From IMG/VR virus record IMGVR_UViG_3300005286_000518, positions 1 through 44,159 of that record: a stretch of 44,159 nt of DNA, one strand, 5' to 3'. Source of the DNA: a virus (lineage: Duplodnaviria > Caudoviricetes). Numbering within the stretch: position 1 is the stretch's first letter; each line of letters starts with the position of its first letter. Under the pieces are notes generated by a model. The model was not told the DNA's origin. It saw nothing but the letters and a program-made list of their open reading frames with translations, and made no database searches. A program made the translations under genes and the position numbers. This document shows, in pieces, positions 17,182 through 28,073 of this stretch.

Positions 17182-17943
17182 ATGGAGGATTTGACCTCAC
17201 CCAGCGTAGAGACGGAAGGAACCGTTACCGAGTCGCTATCGGAAGAAAACCAGGACACCCAGCCTTCGGCAGAAGAAGCCACCTCGCCCGATGCGGCGTT
17301 ACAGCAGGAAGAGGGATCGTCTGATGAGCAGCCTGTCCAGAATCGCTCCCAGGAGCGCATACGCGAAGTCATAGAGGCTCGCAAACGCGCCGAAGCGGAA
17401 GCCCAGTACTGGAAAAATCAGGCTACTCGCGCCAACCAAGCGCAGACCCGCCCTACCACCTCACCTACCGACCTATCCGACATCATCGGCGAAGACGGCA
17501 CTATAAATCCGGCTGACCTGGTGAAGAAGATGGAACGTATGGTGGAAGACCGCCTTCAACAGAATCTCCAGACCTTCCAGACGCAGCAACAGCGGCAAAT
17601 GGAAGAGATGCAGGTATCCCAGATGAAAGAGATGCAGGACCCCGTGTTTCGCCGCTATGTGGTGAATATGGCACGGGCCGAGAACATTTCCCCTCTGGAA
17701 GCCTACGAAATCGGCCTGGAAGAGATGAAGCAAGGTCAGCAGCCGAGTCAGGCCCAGCAACGGGCACGCGATGAAGCTGGAAGGTTCGTGCGGGAGTCCA
17801 CCACCACCCCCGCTACTGGACGCGGCAGCTCCTCTGTCGAACCCTCCTTCACCCGAGAACAACTCGCCTCTATGACTTCAGAAGAGTACGCGAGAAATCG
17901 GGCCAAGATCGAAGACCAGTTAGCACGGGGGCTCATTAGCTAA
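17182..17943 (+). CDS. Capsid scaffolding protein
   Basis: Acidic N-terminus, coiled coil, C-terminal 'FTREQLASMTSEEY..NRAKI'; precedes the capsid gene. Confidence 0.8.
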   Translation: MEDLTSPSVETEGTVTESLSEENQDTQPSAEEATSPDAALQQEEGSSDEQPVQNRSQERIREVIEARKRAEAEAQYWKNQATRANQAQTRPTTSPTDLSDIIGEDGTINPADLVKKMERMVEDRLQQNLQTFQTQQQRQMEEMQVSQMKEMQDPVFRRYVVNMARAENISPLEAYEIGLEEMKQGQQPSQAQQRARDEAGRFVRESTTTPATGRGSSSVEPSFTREQLASMTSEEYARNRAKIEDQLARGLIS

Positions 17944-17954
17944 ACCCCCTCCCT

Positions 17955-18812
17955 ATGGCAACCAATGCCCAAACACGTGGAACACACGAAGTATTTATTC
18001 CTGAAGTGTGGTCCAACGAGATGTTACTTGCTCGCCGCAACAAGTTAGTATTGGCCGAGCACGTTACCCGCCACGACCGTGACGTAATGAAATTCGGTGA
18101 TGTGATCCACGTACCACGTGTATCTGAGATCACCGCCAAAACTACCACTCCAGGAAGCCCTCTCGACTTCGACGCTACAACTGAAGGTGAGTTCACCATC
18201 AGCATCACCAGTTTCGTCTATAAGGCGTTCTTGGTGCCAGACATGTTGAAAGCGCAAAGTAAGTACGACAACCGCTCCATCTACGTTGAGCAATCCACCT
18301 TTGCCATTGCAAAGCAGGTAGACTCTGACCTATTCACCCTGGCCACTGCCCACACCGGCGTTACTAACGCGATTGGGTCCACGACCAATACTAGTACTCG
18401 CCTGGCCAAGACCTTCTTCACCGCTGCTAACCGTTACCTAGACATTGCCAACGCCCCTGATGAGGATCGTTACTTCTCCCTTGAAGGATACGGCTACGAG
18501 CAGTTACTCAACATTGATGACTTTGTGCGCTACGACGCATTGGGTCGCTCCAAGATCGAGAACGGCCGTGTTGGTACGCTCTACGGCTTGAACCTATTGA
18601 AGACAAACCAGGTGCCCGCTAAGACCACCAACGTTAAAAACGGTATCTTCTTCCACAAGAGCGGTATTGCGCTCGCCATGCAGGTGAAAGAGACTGTAGA
18701 GAGTCAGTACGACATTGACTACCTTGGTTGGAAGACTGCTGCATACAACCAGTACGGACACGGTATTGCCCGCACCGACCACGTTGGACACATTTACTAC
18801 GGTATCGGTTGA
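17955..18812 (+). CDS. Major capsid protein (HK97-fold)
   Basis: FIPEVWS, GDVIHVP, AIAKQVDSDL, GRVGTLYG, FFHKSGIALAMQ. Confidence 0.92.
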   Translation: MATNAQTRGTHEVFIPEVWSNEMLLARRNKLVLAEHVTRHDRDVMKFGDVIHVPRVSEITAKTTTPGSPLDFDATTEGEFTISITSFVYKAFLVPDMLKAQSKYDNRSIYVEQSTFAIAKQVDSDLFTLATAHTGVTNAIGSTTNTSTRLAKTFFTAANRYLDIANAPDEDRYFSLEGYGYEQLLNIDDFVRYDALGRSKIENGRVGTLYGLNLLKTNQVPAKTTNVKNGIFFHKSGIALAMQVKETVESQYDIDYLGWKTAAYNQYGHGIARTDHVGHIYYGIG

Positions 18813-18835
18813 TCAGATAGCTTTCTAAGCAGAGC

Positions 18836-18868
18836 AAGAGCCTCTTTACAGGGGCTCTTTTCTGTTTT
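18836..18868 (+). terminator. Intrinsic terminator after the capsid gene
   Basis: AAGAGCCTC/GGGGCTCTT stem followed by a T-rich tract. Confidence 0.7.
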
Positions 18869-18952
18869 ATGGTTGGGACAACCAACCGTCCACTATATCA
18901 ACGCGCTGCTCTTTCTTTGGACGGTTAGGGCGGCGCTTTTATGTAGGAGCCT

Positions 18953-19183
18953 ATGCGCACCAGTAGCCCCCAGTACACCGAAGAAGAGACCATCCAGGCC
19001 ATCATCGACTCTGGCAAAGAGATCGTGGTCCGGGATTGGGCCGGCAGTAACGACATTCAGATTCGCTCCCTCAAGCGGATCAACCGCACCGCCTATGACA
19101 CCCATCTCTGTGAGGTGGAGATTAATGGCGTCCGCGCCCGTGTGAACATTGAAGATCTTAAATCCGCCCTGCGTTATGTCTAA
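18953..19183 (+). CDS. Hypothetical protein
   Basis: 76 aa, overlaps the glycosyltransferase start. Confidence 0.65.
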   Translation: MRTSSPQYTEEETIQAIIDSGKEIVVRDWAGSNDIQIRSLKRINRTAYDTHLCEVEINGVRARVNIEDLKSALRYV

Positions 19184-19931
19184 AGTCCTGGTGATCCAGC
19201 CCACCCGCGGCATTCTCTACACCGCCGCTCAAGAAGCCCTGGAGCGCGAATTCACGACGCTTCAGCAGTATCCACAGGTGATGCGTACCAATGGCGTACC
19301 GCTCCCCGACTCCCGCAACCTCCTCATTGATGCCGCCCTGGAGAACGAGTGGTGGGAACAGCTCTTATTCCTCGATGATGATATTGTCTTGCCTCAAGGA
19401 GCCCTGGTCGCCATGCGCCGGGCCCTCAAAAAAGCGGACATTGCCGTGATCGACTACCCGCACCACCGGGCGGAAGGCTTGAACAGCGACCTTCCCAAGC
19501 TGGGGGTAGCGGTCTGGCAGCAGTGGCAGGACGGAGAACCGACCGAGGGAAAGAAACTAGCCTGGGCGGGCTTGGGCTGTGTGATGATCCGCCGCAAAGC
19601 CCTGGAGAAGATGGTAGCCGCTGGGTTTCGCTTCAAAGGCACCGCCTATCCCCTGTTCCGCACCAAGGACGGCACCATCAAAATGAGCACCAAGAAGGTA
19701 GTTCGGGATGATGAGCCGAGTGCAGGGGAAGACATTCATTTTTTCTTCGAGGCTAACCGCCTGGGCTTGACGACCACGGTTATTCCCGATATGGTGGCCG
19801 GTCACCAGCACATCTCGCGCTTTGTCTTTCGCCTGGCTGGTGGCCAGTATTCCACCTCCCATACCCTCACTACCGCTACTGAGATAGAAGCCCCTGGCAA
19901 CGCTCAGTACGAGATTAACCCCAACCTATGA
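19176..19931 (+). CDS. GT-A fold (GT2-like) glycosyltransferase
   Basis: LLFLDDD (DxD), GLGCVMIRR and GEDIHF motifs; start taken at ATG 19176. Confidence 0.82.
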   Translation: MSKVLVIQPTRGILYTAAQEALEREFTTLQQYPQVMRTNGVPLPDSRNLLIDAALENEWWEQLLFLDDDIVLPQGALVAMRRALKKADIAVIDYPHHRAEGLNSDLPKLGVAVWQQWQDGEPTEGKKLAWAGLGCVMIRRKALEKMVAAGFRFKGTAYPLFRTKDGTIKMSTKKVVRDDEPSAGEDIHFFFEANRLGLTTTVIPDMVAGHQHISRFVFRLAGGQYSTSHTLTTATEIEAPGNAQYEINPNL

Positions 19932-20149
19932 ACCTCACCTACATTGAAGGGGGCAACCCCAACATTCTCACCTTTAAGTTCCAAGAGTGGCTGGAAGCCC
20001 ACCCCACCGCCCGCCTGGTCCACTTCTACCCCTACGACCGCGCCAACTACTTCCTCTTCTGGGAAGAGGGGTCGGATGATACCGACGCCCTGAAGAAGGA
20101 AAACTTCAAGCTCAAGATGGAGCTCGGCAAGCTAAAGAAACAGCAATGA
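19928..20149 (+). CDS. Hypothetical protein
   Basis: ATGA overlaps on both sides. Confidence 0.7.
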   Translation: MNLTYIEGGNPNILTFKFQEWLEAHPTARLVHFYPYDRANYFLFWEEGSDDTDALKKENFKLKMELGKLKKQQ

Positions 20150-20349
20150 TCCCGGATGCCGCTTTTCTTCCCATCTACTTCCTCTGCATGGGCGCTACCC
20201 TGGTTGTGCTCTTTATTGTCTCCCTGAGCAAGGGGCTTGATCTCCTTACCGCCCTGGCCTATGCGGTCGGCTACGCCCTCTACTGGCCCCTCACCTGGAT
20301 TTACTTTGCTTTTGCCGGGATTCATCAGGTAGCACGTCGCCGGTTATGA
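20146..20349 (+). CDS. Small membrane protein (two hydrophobic segments)
   Basis: Hydrophobic; ATGA overlaps on both sides. Confidence 0.7.
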   Translation: MIPDAAFLPIYFLCMGATLVVLFIVSLSKGLDLLTALAYAVGYALYWPLTWIYFAFAGIHQVARRRL

Positions 20350-21038
20350 CCTCCTACCTGGAATACGCCGGGGTTCGCTACCCCTTTGAGCTTTTGGAGA
20401 ACTTAGAAACCGCGGACGGCCCCATGCTCGACTGGGTGAGCCACCGCCTGCACCAGACCCACACCTTTAGCGAACTGCCCGTTTTGGAGCGGGTGAAGGA
20501 GATTCACCAGCCAAAACGGGTGGTGGACATTGGGGCGAACCTGGGGCAGCACTCCCTCTTTTTTAGCGAAGCGATTGGAGCCGAGGTCACGGCCTTTGAG
20601 CCGATCCCGCACTTTGCCGAGATTGCCCAGAAGAACGCTCCCAAAGCCACGATCCATACCACCGGCCTCGCCTCGGAAGCGGGAGAGCGGGCAGCCATGC
20701 TTGGCTCCTACATGGAGAATAAAGCGGGTGAAGTGGTCATGGCCAACAGTGGTGGCGTCTTTTTAACGGCCGGAAGCGGCATTGCGGTTGCCGCCCTGGA
20801 CTCCTTCAATCTCTCCCCGGACCTCATCAAAATGGACGTGGAAGGGATGGAGGATCAGGTGCTGGGCGGAGCGCTGGAAACCATCAAAGCCCACAAGCCG
20901 GTAATCCTGGCCGAGCACCGCACTATCGAGGAGCTGGCCCGCTGCTTTGATATCTTGCGGCCCCTGGGCTACCACATCTCCTACCAGTACGCTTCTGGTG
21001 ACCTGGTGACCGAATACACCCCTAACCGCTCTGCATGA
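20346..21038 (+). CDS. FkbM-family SAM methyltransferase
   Basis: VVDIGANLG, AFEP, LIKMDVEGME..VLGGA. Confidence 0.92.
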   Translation: MTSYLEYAGVRYPFELLENLETADGPMLDWVSHRLHQTHTFSELPVLERVKEIHQPKRVVDIGANLGQHSLFFSEAIGAEVTAFEPIPHFAEIAQKNAPKATIHTTGLASEAGERAAMLGSYMENKAGEVVMANSGGVFLTAGSGIAVAALDSFNLSPDLIKMDVEGMEDQVLGGALETIKAHKPVILAEHRTIEELARCFDILRPLGYHISYQYASGDLVTEYTPNRSA

Positions 21039-22075
21039 CTATCGCGTTCTACTGTCCCCACTCCCTGGAGCCCTGGACCTCCCGCAATCTGAAATCCGGC
21101 ATTGGAGGCTCAGAAGCGGCCGTGATTCACCTTTCCCGCGAGTTCGCTACTCTCGGCCATAGTGTGCGGATCTACAACAGCGTAAAAGCGCCGGAAACCC
21201 TGGAAGGGGTGGAGTGGCTACCCGCTGATACCCCCATTGATCCCGTCGACCTATTGATTGTCTGGCGCTACCCAGCCGCCATCCAGGAAGAGCTGAAGGG
21301 GGTGCAGGCTACCAAGAAAGTGTTGTGGATGCACGACATGACCCCGGAGAAAGAGCTGTTGCCCTACATGTACCTGTATGAGCAGATCGTGGTGCAGAGT
21401 GCCTTTCACCGCGCTTTTTACCCGGCCATCCCGGATGAGCGGATCAGCATTCAGCCGTCCGGCATTGATTTGGGCCTTGTGGAGGGCACCTTCAAGCGCG
21501 ATCCCTGGAAGATCGTCTACTGCTCCAACTACGACCGCGGATTGCTCGTACTCCTGGAGAACTGGACCCAATTAAAGCTCTCCTTCCCGAGGCTTCAGCT
21601 GTACGTGCTCTACGGCTGGAATACGATGGATGCCCTGGCAGCGCGTGGAGATGCGCGGGTGCAGGCCGAGTACAAGCACTTCAAGCAGTACGTGGAGGAT
21701 TTATTTGACCAGAAGGGGATTCACCACCTGGGCCGTCGCTCCCACAAAGAACTGCTGCGCCACCTGGAAGAAGCACAGGTACTGGCCTACCCCTGCATTT
21801 ATCCCGAAACCCTGTGTTTGACCGTTCTGCAGGCTCAAGCGGCTGGAGCGGTACCCGTGGTGGTTCCTTCCGGGGCGCTCGCGGAAACGGTAAAGAGCGG
21901 GTTCATCACCAAGCCGGCCGTTTCTCAGCAGGAATATCTAGAGCTTTTGGCCCATGCCCTGCAAAACCCGGATGAAGTGGCAGCGGAACGGGAGAAGGGG
22001 GCCAAGCTGATGCGTGAGCAGTACGGATGGCCGACCATTGCCGGTCAGTGGCTTTCCCTCGTGGAGTCATTGTAA
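21035..22075 (+). CDS. GT-B fold (GT4-like) glycosyltransferase
   Basis: GIGGSE, WMHD, YPETLCLTVLQAQAAG..PVV...GALAE. Confidence 0.9.
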   Translation: MTIAFYCPHSLEPWTSRNLKSGIGGSEAAVIHLSREFATLGHSVRIYNSVKAPETLEGVEWLPADTPIDPVDLLIVWRYPAAIQEELKGVQATKKVLWMHDMTPEKELLPYMYLYEQIVVQSAFHRAFYPAIPDERISIQPSGIDLGLVEGTFKRDPWKIVYCSNYDRGLLVLLENWTQLKLSFPRLQLYVLYGWNTMDALAARGDARVQAEYKHFKQYVEDLFDQKGIHHLGRRSHKELLRHLEEAQVLAYPCIYPETLCLTVLQAQAAGAVPVVVPSGALAETVKSGFITKPAVSQQEYLELLAHALQNPDEVAAEREKGAKLMREQYGWPTIAGQWLSLVESL

Positions 22076-22138
22076 GCGGCCTTACAGCGGTTTATACTTG
22101 ATCCAAACCGTCCAGCTTGACTTCTCTAACCGTCTCCT

Positions 22139-22801
22139 ATGGCCTACACTGTCCTGCAGTTTAAGCGACAGATTGCCAACCAGCTGGGCAAAAACGATGC
22201 CGCCACCGCCAACACCAAGCGGGATGAAGCCGCCCTTGGCGCTCACCGCCAGTTTGTGCTGGAACATCCCTGGAGCTGGAACTGGGGAACCAGTGCCCTC
22301 ACCTTCTCCGGCGGCTCTATCGCGCTCCCTACCGACTACTCCGCCAAGTGGGAGCCCAAGAGCGTCTACGCCTACGACGACACTACTAAGATCGAATATA
22401 TTCGCGTTGCCCTGGAAGATCTTGCCTCCTTTGAAGAGGATGACACCAGCGCCTATCGGTACGCGCTCGACCTGGAGAACGGCCTCGTAAAGAGCAATCA
22501 CCAGGCGACCACCGTGAACCTGGTCTACCAGAAGGCCCCGCAAGATATTGCGCTCGACGGCACCGACGATGCCGACACCTTACCCTACCCGGACCTTACT
22601 CCCCCCTCCAAACTGGCCGTGGGCATGTACTGGCTGGCGACCGAACGGGATGAAACCAACTTTGATCGGTTCGTCAAAGACATTTACCAGCCGCTCCTAC
22701 AGGCAGCCTGGCACGCCGATAGCCGCTCCAGCGTTCCGTATCGCTACAAACATCCCTTGCGCCGCGCGGCAATGGGCTGGAATAACACGAGGAGTTATTG
22801 A
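22139..22801 (+). CDS. Head-tail adaptor / tail tubular protein A-like
   Basis: Position and size; HPWSW and LPTDY motifs typical of podoviral adaptors. Confidence 0.7.
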   Translation: MAYTVLQFKRQIANQLGKNDAATANTKRDEAALGAHRQFVLEHPWSWNWGTSALTFSGGSIALPTDYSAKWEPKSVYAYDDTTKIEYIRVALEDLASFEEDDTSAYRYALDLENGLVKSNHQATTVNLVYQKAPQDIALDGTDDADTLPYPDLTPPSKLAVGMYWLATERDETNFDRFVKDIYQPLLQAAWHADSRSSVPYRYKHPLRRAAMGWNNTRSY

Positions 22802-24456
22802 TGGGGAGCAAACTAAAGAATCACCGCTTAGGCGGCTTTAAAGGGGGCTACTCCTCCTTCACCGGCTCCAAGAGCAACCTCAAAGACACCGAGTTTCCCT
22901 ATGGGGTGAACGTAGTCTTAGACGACAACGGCTCGCTCACTAAAGCGCCGGGCGCTACCCGCTTCGGCAATGAGGTCACCTCTGGATCAGCTGTCCTTGC
23001 CGGGGTTCACTTCAAGAACGCCTCGGTGGATAAGCTGATCGTGCACAGCGGCACCGCTACCAAGTATAAAAACGGCTCTTCCTGGACCGCCATGACCGGG
23101 GCCACTTTCTCCGCCTCTACGCCGGTCTGGTTCTGCCAAGCCCTGGACCGCTTGTACGCGACCCAGCCGGGATTAGGGGCGCTCTACTACACCACCGATG
23201 GCCTTTCCTGGAGCAGCCAGAGCAACGGGCGGGACGGCTCCAGCATCGTCTTCTACAACCAGCGCCTGTACCTGATCGACGAGAACGACATCTGGTACTC
23301 CAACCCCTACGCTACCGCTTCCAGTCCGCCGGCTGTTTCTACCTCCAATTTCGGCTCCTTTGACACCGACCTCACCGCCACGCCGAAGAAAAACGCGGGC
23401 TTCATTCGCCTCTTTCCGGGAGCGGGGGTGGAACCGGTACGTCTCTTCCTGGATCAGGATGGGGGGACGGAAAGCCTCTTTGTCTACACCAAGCGCCACG
23501 GCTACTGGAAGATCACGCCGGTTGCCGCGGCCAATAGTGATGGTTCGATCAGCCACTCCGTTTCTCAGGCCAACTCGTATTTTGGTACGGAGGCGCCGCT
23601 CTCCGTCTTCAAGGTGGGCAATGACCAGTGGTTTTTCGACGGGGAAAACGTCAACAGCCTGGGCGAAGTGCAGCTCTACAACAACATTCGCGTCACCGTA
23701 AAGAGTGGACGGGTGCGCTCCGAGATGCGCTCGGTCAACCAGACCTACCCGACCCTCCCGACGATTGGCTTCAAGGATCAAAAAGTCTACTTCGCCTACC
23801 CCACCGGCACCTATAATGATCGGCTCCTGGTTTTCGACACCATTCTGGGCTCCTGGAGTGCTCCCCTGGAAGGGTACAACGCCGCCTTCTTCCTGGAGTA
23901 CCGGGACGGCACCCAGCGGCGCCTCCTCTACGGCTCCAGCAACCCATCGGACTCCTACGTATACGAAATTGATTCGGGAAACGAACTGGCAGGCGCGGCG
24001 ATTGAGAGCGTGTTTGAGACCAAGAGCAGCGACTGCGAACGCCCTGGTCTCATCAAGCGCTTTGCGCGGGCTAAAGTCTTCTACTCCATGGTCTACGGCA
24101 CCCTCAACTATGAGGTGATCCTGGATGAGACTACCCGGCTTTCCGGCTCCCAGCAGCTCGGCAACTCCGCCTCAAGACCGGTGGGCATCGGAAGCCAGAT
24201 GATCGGCACCTTTATGGTGGGAGCGGAGTACGCTTCGGACACCACCTTTGCCACGCTCGCCACCAACAGTGACTTTGATATTGATTGTGAGTTCGAGGCG
24301 GCCAAGAAGATCAGTATCCGTTTCTCCAACGCGAACGCGGGAGAAGACTTCAAGATTGACGACGTGGAGTTTTCCTTCATCGAAGGAAGCCCCTACGAAT
24401 CGGAAGCCAACGCTACCATCGTGGATCGCTCTGTCTCCTACGACACCTACTCGTAA
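22798..24456 (+). CDS. Tail nozzle / DNA-stabilisation protein (tail tubular B or P22 gp10-like)
   Basis: 552-aa beta-rich protein after the adaptor; FKGG...[14 protein letters not shown]-terminus. Confidence 0.72.
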   Translation: MMGSKLKNHRLGGFKGGYSSFTGSKSNLKDTEFPYGVNVVLDDNGSLTKAPGATRFGNEVTSGSAVLAGVHFKNASVDKLIVHSGTATKYKNGSSWTAMTGATFSASTPVWFCQALDRLYATQPGLGALYYTTDGLSWSSQSNGRDGSSIVFYNQRLYLIDENDIWYSNPYATASSPPAVSTSNFGSFDTDLTATPKKNAGFIRLFPGAGVEPVRLFLDQDGGTESLFVYTKRHGYWKITPVAAANSDGSISHSVSQANSYFGTEAPLSVFKVGNDQWFFDGENVNSLGEVQLYNNIRVTVKSGRVRSEMRSVNQTYPTLPTIGFKDQKVYFAYPTGTYNDRLLVFDTILGSWSAPLEGYNAAFFLEYRDGTQRRLLYGSSNPSDSYVYEIDSGNELAGAAIESVFETKSSDCERPGLIKRFARAKVFYSMVYGTLNYEVILDETTRLSGSQQLGNSASRPVGIGSQMIGTFMVGAEYASDTTFATLATNSDFDIDCEFEAAKKISIRFSNANAGEDFKIDDVEFSFIEGSPYESEANATIVDRSVSYDTYS

Positions 24457-24464
24457 CGCCTTCT

Positions 24465-26783
24465 ATGGCCTCTCCCTTTCCTACATCCCTGAACACCGGG
24501 GCAACCCTCCCCAACAGCCGGGTACCCGGCAATACCGGCTCTGCCGCCGACAACAACAAACAGGCCGATGCGATCATGGCTCTGGAAGCCAAGGTAGGCG
24601 TTGATAACTCTGCGGTCACCAGCAGCCTCGACTACAAGCTCACCAGTGCCTCTTCCACCGATCCTGGCCACAAACACACCACAAGCGCCATTACCGGCCT
24701 AGAGGAATATATTGAAGATACCGCGGCAGCCCTCTTAACCGGGGGAACGCATGACGGCATCTCTTTCTCCTATAACGACACCACCGGCGTGATTGACGCC
24801 ACGGTAAGTGGTGGAGGGGGAGGCGGGGCAACCAACCTGGATGCTACCCTTTCTGCCACGGAGATCGTCATTACGTCGGACACGGGCACGGACGCCACAA
24901 TTCCCGCAGTCGACGGCACAAACGCCGGACTGATGACGCCTACCCAGAAATCAAAGCTGGACGGCATTGAGGCGAGTGCGGAGGTCAACAATATATCCGA
25001 CGCCAACGTCACCGACCTGACTGATGGGGGCGACTCCACCCTGCACTACCACGCCTCTGACCGCTCCCGTGCCAACCATACCGGCACCCAGAGCGCCGAT
25101 ACGATCACGGACGGCACCACCAATAAAGCCTACACCGCAAGCGAGCAGACCAAGCTCGCCGGGATTGAGAGTGGGGCAGAGGTGAACAACATCTCCGATG
25201 CGAACGCGACCGACTTAACGGACGGCAACGATTCCACGCTCCACTACCACTCCGCTGATCGAAATAGATCGAACCACACGGGTACGCAGGATGCGGACAC
25301 CATCACCGATGGAACGACCAACAAAGCCTACACCGCCACGGAAAAGACAAAGCTGGCGGGCATTGAAACTGCCGCCGATGTAACCGATGCCACGAACGTC
25401 GCGGCGGCCGGTGCGGTAATGGAGTCGGACACCTCTACCGCTTCCATGAGCTTTGTGGTGGATGAAGACGACATGACCTCTAACTCTGCTACCAAAGTCC
25501 CCACCCAGCAAAGTGTGAAAGCCTACGCCGATGCCATAGCTTCCGACCTGGCTTCGCATGAAGCGCTCACCAACAATCCCCACAGCGTCACTTCAACGCA
25601 AGTATTGCCCTCCCAGACCGGAAATGACGGTAAGTTCCTCAAGACTGACGGCTCTACCGTTTCCTGGGACACGCCCGCCGGATCAGGCGGGGGTGATGTA
25701 TCCAGCAACACGAGCTCCAGCGTGGACAGTGAAGTCGCGCTTTTTTCCGGAACCGGCGGCAAGACCATCAAGCGAGCGACTGGCTCAGGTATTGCTAAAT
25801 TAACCTCCGGGGTGCTCTCCACCGCGACCGCTGGAACCGATTACTACAATCCCGGAGGAACGGATGTTGCGGTAGCCGATGGAGGCACCGGCGCTTCCAA
25901 CGCCTCGGATGCGCGAACTAATTTGGGCCTGGCTATCGGCTCGGATGTGCAAGCCTATGACGCAGAGCTTGCGGCAATCGCGGGACTCACCAGTGCGGCC
26001 AATAAGTTGCCTTACTTCACCGGATCGGGTACCGCCTCGCTTACCGACCTCACCGCCACGGCTCGCAACCTCCTGGACGATTCTTCTGTGGGTGATATGC
26101 GCACCACGTTAGGAGTAGCGATTGGTTCGGATGTACAGGCGTATGACGCGACCCTTGCCGCGCTTGCTTCCTTTAATACCAACGGGCTCCTCACCCAGAC
26201 CGCTGCCGACACCTTTACCGGAAGAACCCTCACCGGCACCAGCAATGAAATCACCGTAACCAACGGCAATGGCGTTTCCGGCAACCCAACCCTGTCCCTG
26301 CCCGCCACCATTGATTTAGGAGGTAAGACCTCCTTCGAGATCCCCAACGCCGCCGGGGGAGCCAGTTTAAGTGCGGATGGTCAGGTAACGGTGGACACCA
26401 CCAGCAAGACCCTCAATTACTACTCCGGGGCTGAATTCGCCCTCACGCCTACCATCTCCAAGTCCATATTGATCGAGTCTCCAGCCGCGGCGGATGATCT
26501 GCCCCTCATTCGGGTGGATGCTGCTTCGACCTTAGTAAAAGTGGTCTACGCCATCACGGGCGGCACCAACTGGGTCGGACAGCTCCAGGAGGCGGATGAC
26601 GCTCAGGGTACCAGTGCCTCGGATACCCAAGCCTCTGACTCCACCGTGACCGGCACCACCACCGTCACCAGCTTCAGCAACGCGAGCTTGGATGCGGGCG
26701 ATTATATCCGGGTGAAGACCACCAGCGTCTCCGGATCGGTGACCTGGCTGCACATCACCGTCTACTACCAGCAAAACCCATAG
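24465..26783 (+). CDS. Tail fibre protein
   Basis: T/S/G/A-rich; [30 protein letters not shown] and NKLPYFTG fibre motifs. Confidence 0.85.
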   Translation: MASPFPTSLNTGATLPNSRVPGNTGSAADNNKQADAIMALEAKVGVDNSAVTSSLDYKLTSASSTDPGHKHTTSAITGLEEYIEDTAAALLTGGTHDGISFSYNDTTGVIDATVSGGGGGGATNLDATLSATEIVITSDTGTDATIPAVDGTNAGLMTPTQKSKLDGIEASAEVNNISDANVTDLTDGGDSTLHYHASDRSRANHTGTQSADTITDGTTNKAYTASEQTKLAGIESGAEVNNISDANATDLTDGNDSTLHYHSADRNRSNHTGTQDADTITDGTTNKAYTATEKTKLAGIETAADVTDATNVAAAGAVMESDTSTASMSFVVDEDDMTSNSATKVPTQQSVKAYADAIASDLASHEALTNNPHSVTSTQVLPSQTGNDGKFLKTDGSTVSWDTPAGSGGGDVSSNTSSSVDSEVALFSGTGGKTIKRATGSGIAKLTSGVLSTATAGTDYYNPGGTDVAVADGGTGASNASDARTNLGLAIGSDVQAYDAELAAIAGLTSAANKLPYFTGSGTASLTDLTATARNLLDDSSVGDMRTTLGVAIGSDVQAYDATLAALASFNTNGLLTQTAADTFTGRTLTGTSNEITVTNGNGVSGNPTLSLPATIDLGGKTSFEIPNAAGGASLSADGQVTVDTTSKTLNYYSGAEFALTPTISKSILIESPAAADDLPLIRVDAASTLVKVVYAITGGTNWVGQLQEADDAQGTSASDTQASDSTVTGTTTVTSFSNASLDAGDYIRVKTTSVSGSVTWLHITVYYQQNP
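24954..25367 (+). repeat. Tandem 198-bp (66-aa) repeat within the tail fibre
   Basis: KLxGIE recurs at 24954, 25152 and 25350; two near-identical 66-aa units. Confidence 0.9.
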
Positions 26784-26786
26784 TCC

Positions 26787-27386
26787 ATGCCTACCGTTAA
26801 TCTTGCCGTAAGTGCCTCGACTGACGATGCCCGTAACATCGACGGAAACGGCACCTTCTCCGCTACCGCCATCACCCAGCACCTGGGCATGTTCAACGCC
26901 ACTGACGACTACTACAACGGCTTTCGCTGGACCAATGTTGCCGTGCCGCAAGGGGCCACGATTACTAGTGCGACCGTCACCCTCTACTGCGCCGCGACCA
27001 ACGGGGGTACCACCGCCCAAACGATCTGGTGGGGAGAGGCTTCGGACAATGCCGCCACCTTCGCCAACTCAGCGGGCGGCAAGCCGGAAGGGAGAACCCC
27101 GACCACCGCTACCGTTACCAAGAGCTTTTCCATCTCCAACTGGGGATCTATCGGCTACAACACCGGCGACACTATTACGGTGACCAGCATTGTGCAGGAG
27201 ATCGTGAACCGGGCGGGCTGGGCCAGCGGCAATGCACTGGTGATCGTCGCCCACGACAACGGTTCGGCTTCCACCAACTACATCGGCCACTCCACCTACG
27301 ACCGTGATGTGAACCGGGGCGCCAAGCTGGATATTGATTACACCACGGGTGGGGGTTCCACCCGACGCATTATTGTCATAAGCTAA
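26787..27386 (+). CDS. Virion-associated beta-rich protein
   Basis: FRWTNVAVPQGATITSATVTL..IVQEIVNRAGWASGN; in the tail cluster. Confidence 0.75.
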   Translation: MPTVNLAVSASTDDARNIDGNGTFSATAITQHLGMFNATDDYYNGFRWTNVAVPQGATITSATVTLYCAATNGGTTAQTIWWGEASDNAATFANSAGGKPEGRTPTTATVTKSFSISNWGSIGYNTGDTITVTSIVQEIVNRAGWASGNALVIVAHDNGSASTNYIGHSTYDRDVNRGAKLDIDYTTGGGSTRRIIVIS

Positions 27387-27404
27387 TAGCAATAACTCCG
27401 CCCC

Positions 27405-28064
27405 ATGTACGCCCTCCAAGCCTTCAAGGAAGACACCCTTGCTTCCGACATTACCAACTCCGCCACCTCGCTCACCCTCACCACCGGCAACTTCGGCTCT
27501 CCCTCCGGGACACAGATTCTGATCCTGGACTATGACGTGTCCGCCAAGCGCGAGATCATCAAGTGCACGATCAGCGGCACCAGCATTACCAGCATCACCC
27601 GTGGCGTGGACAGTACGTCTGCAGTCGCCCACAGCACCGGCGCAAAAATCCTCATGGGCTTCACGCCCTCCCACTACGGGGACTTGGGAAAGATCGGGGC
27701 AGCGGACGCCTGGGACTCCTGGACCCCTTCCTATAGTGCTTCCGGCTCCATGACCTACACGAGCGTCACCACCAACCGGGCCAAGTACCTGCAGCTGGGC
27801 AAGCTCGTTTTCTTCACCCTCTCGGCCACCGGCACCACCGGGGGAACCGCTTCCAACGCCATCATTGCCACCCTCCCTGTCACGGCCGCCTACTCGCCGA
27901 TTATTTTTGCCGGGGGCTATGACGATGGTGGGGGAACCGCCCTCACCGGTATTGGACAAGGATCGGGCACCGGCTCCCTTGCCGTTTCCAAAGCTGACAA
28001 ATCTAACTTCGGCCTGGGTGCCGGGCGTAGCATCTACGTATCCGGCGTGTACGAGGCCGCCTAA
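27405..28064 (+). CDS. Tail-associated / receptor-binding protein
   Basis: REIIKCT..ITRGVD...AHSTGA N-terminus; WTPS...AKYLQLGKLV...LPV C-terminus typical of fibre tips. Confidence 0.72.
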   Translation: MYALQAFKEDTLASDITNSATSLTLTTGNFGSPSGTQILILDYDVSAKREIIKCTISGTSITSITRGVDSTSAVAHSTGAKILMGFTPSHYGDLGKIGAADAWDSWTPSYSASGSMTYTSVTTNRAKYLQLGKLVFFTLSATGTTGGTASNAIIATLPVTAAYSPIIFAGGYDDGGGTALTGIGQGSGTGSLAVSKADKSNFGLGAGRSIYVSGVYEAA

Positions 28065-28073
28065 CCTACCCCC

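Noticed and set aside
24954-25367. Diversity-generating retroelement TR/VR pair
   Set aside because: In-frame tandem protein repeat, differences are not adenine-specific, and no reverse transcriptase is in the window
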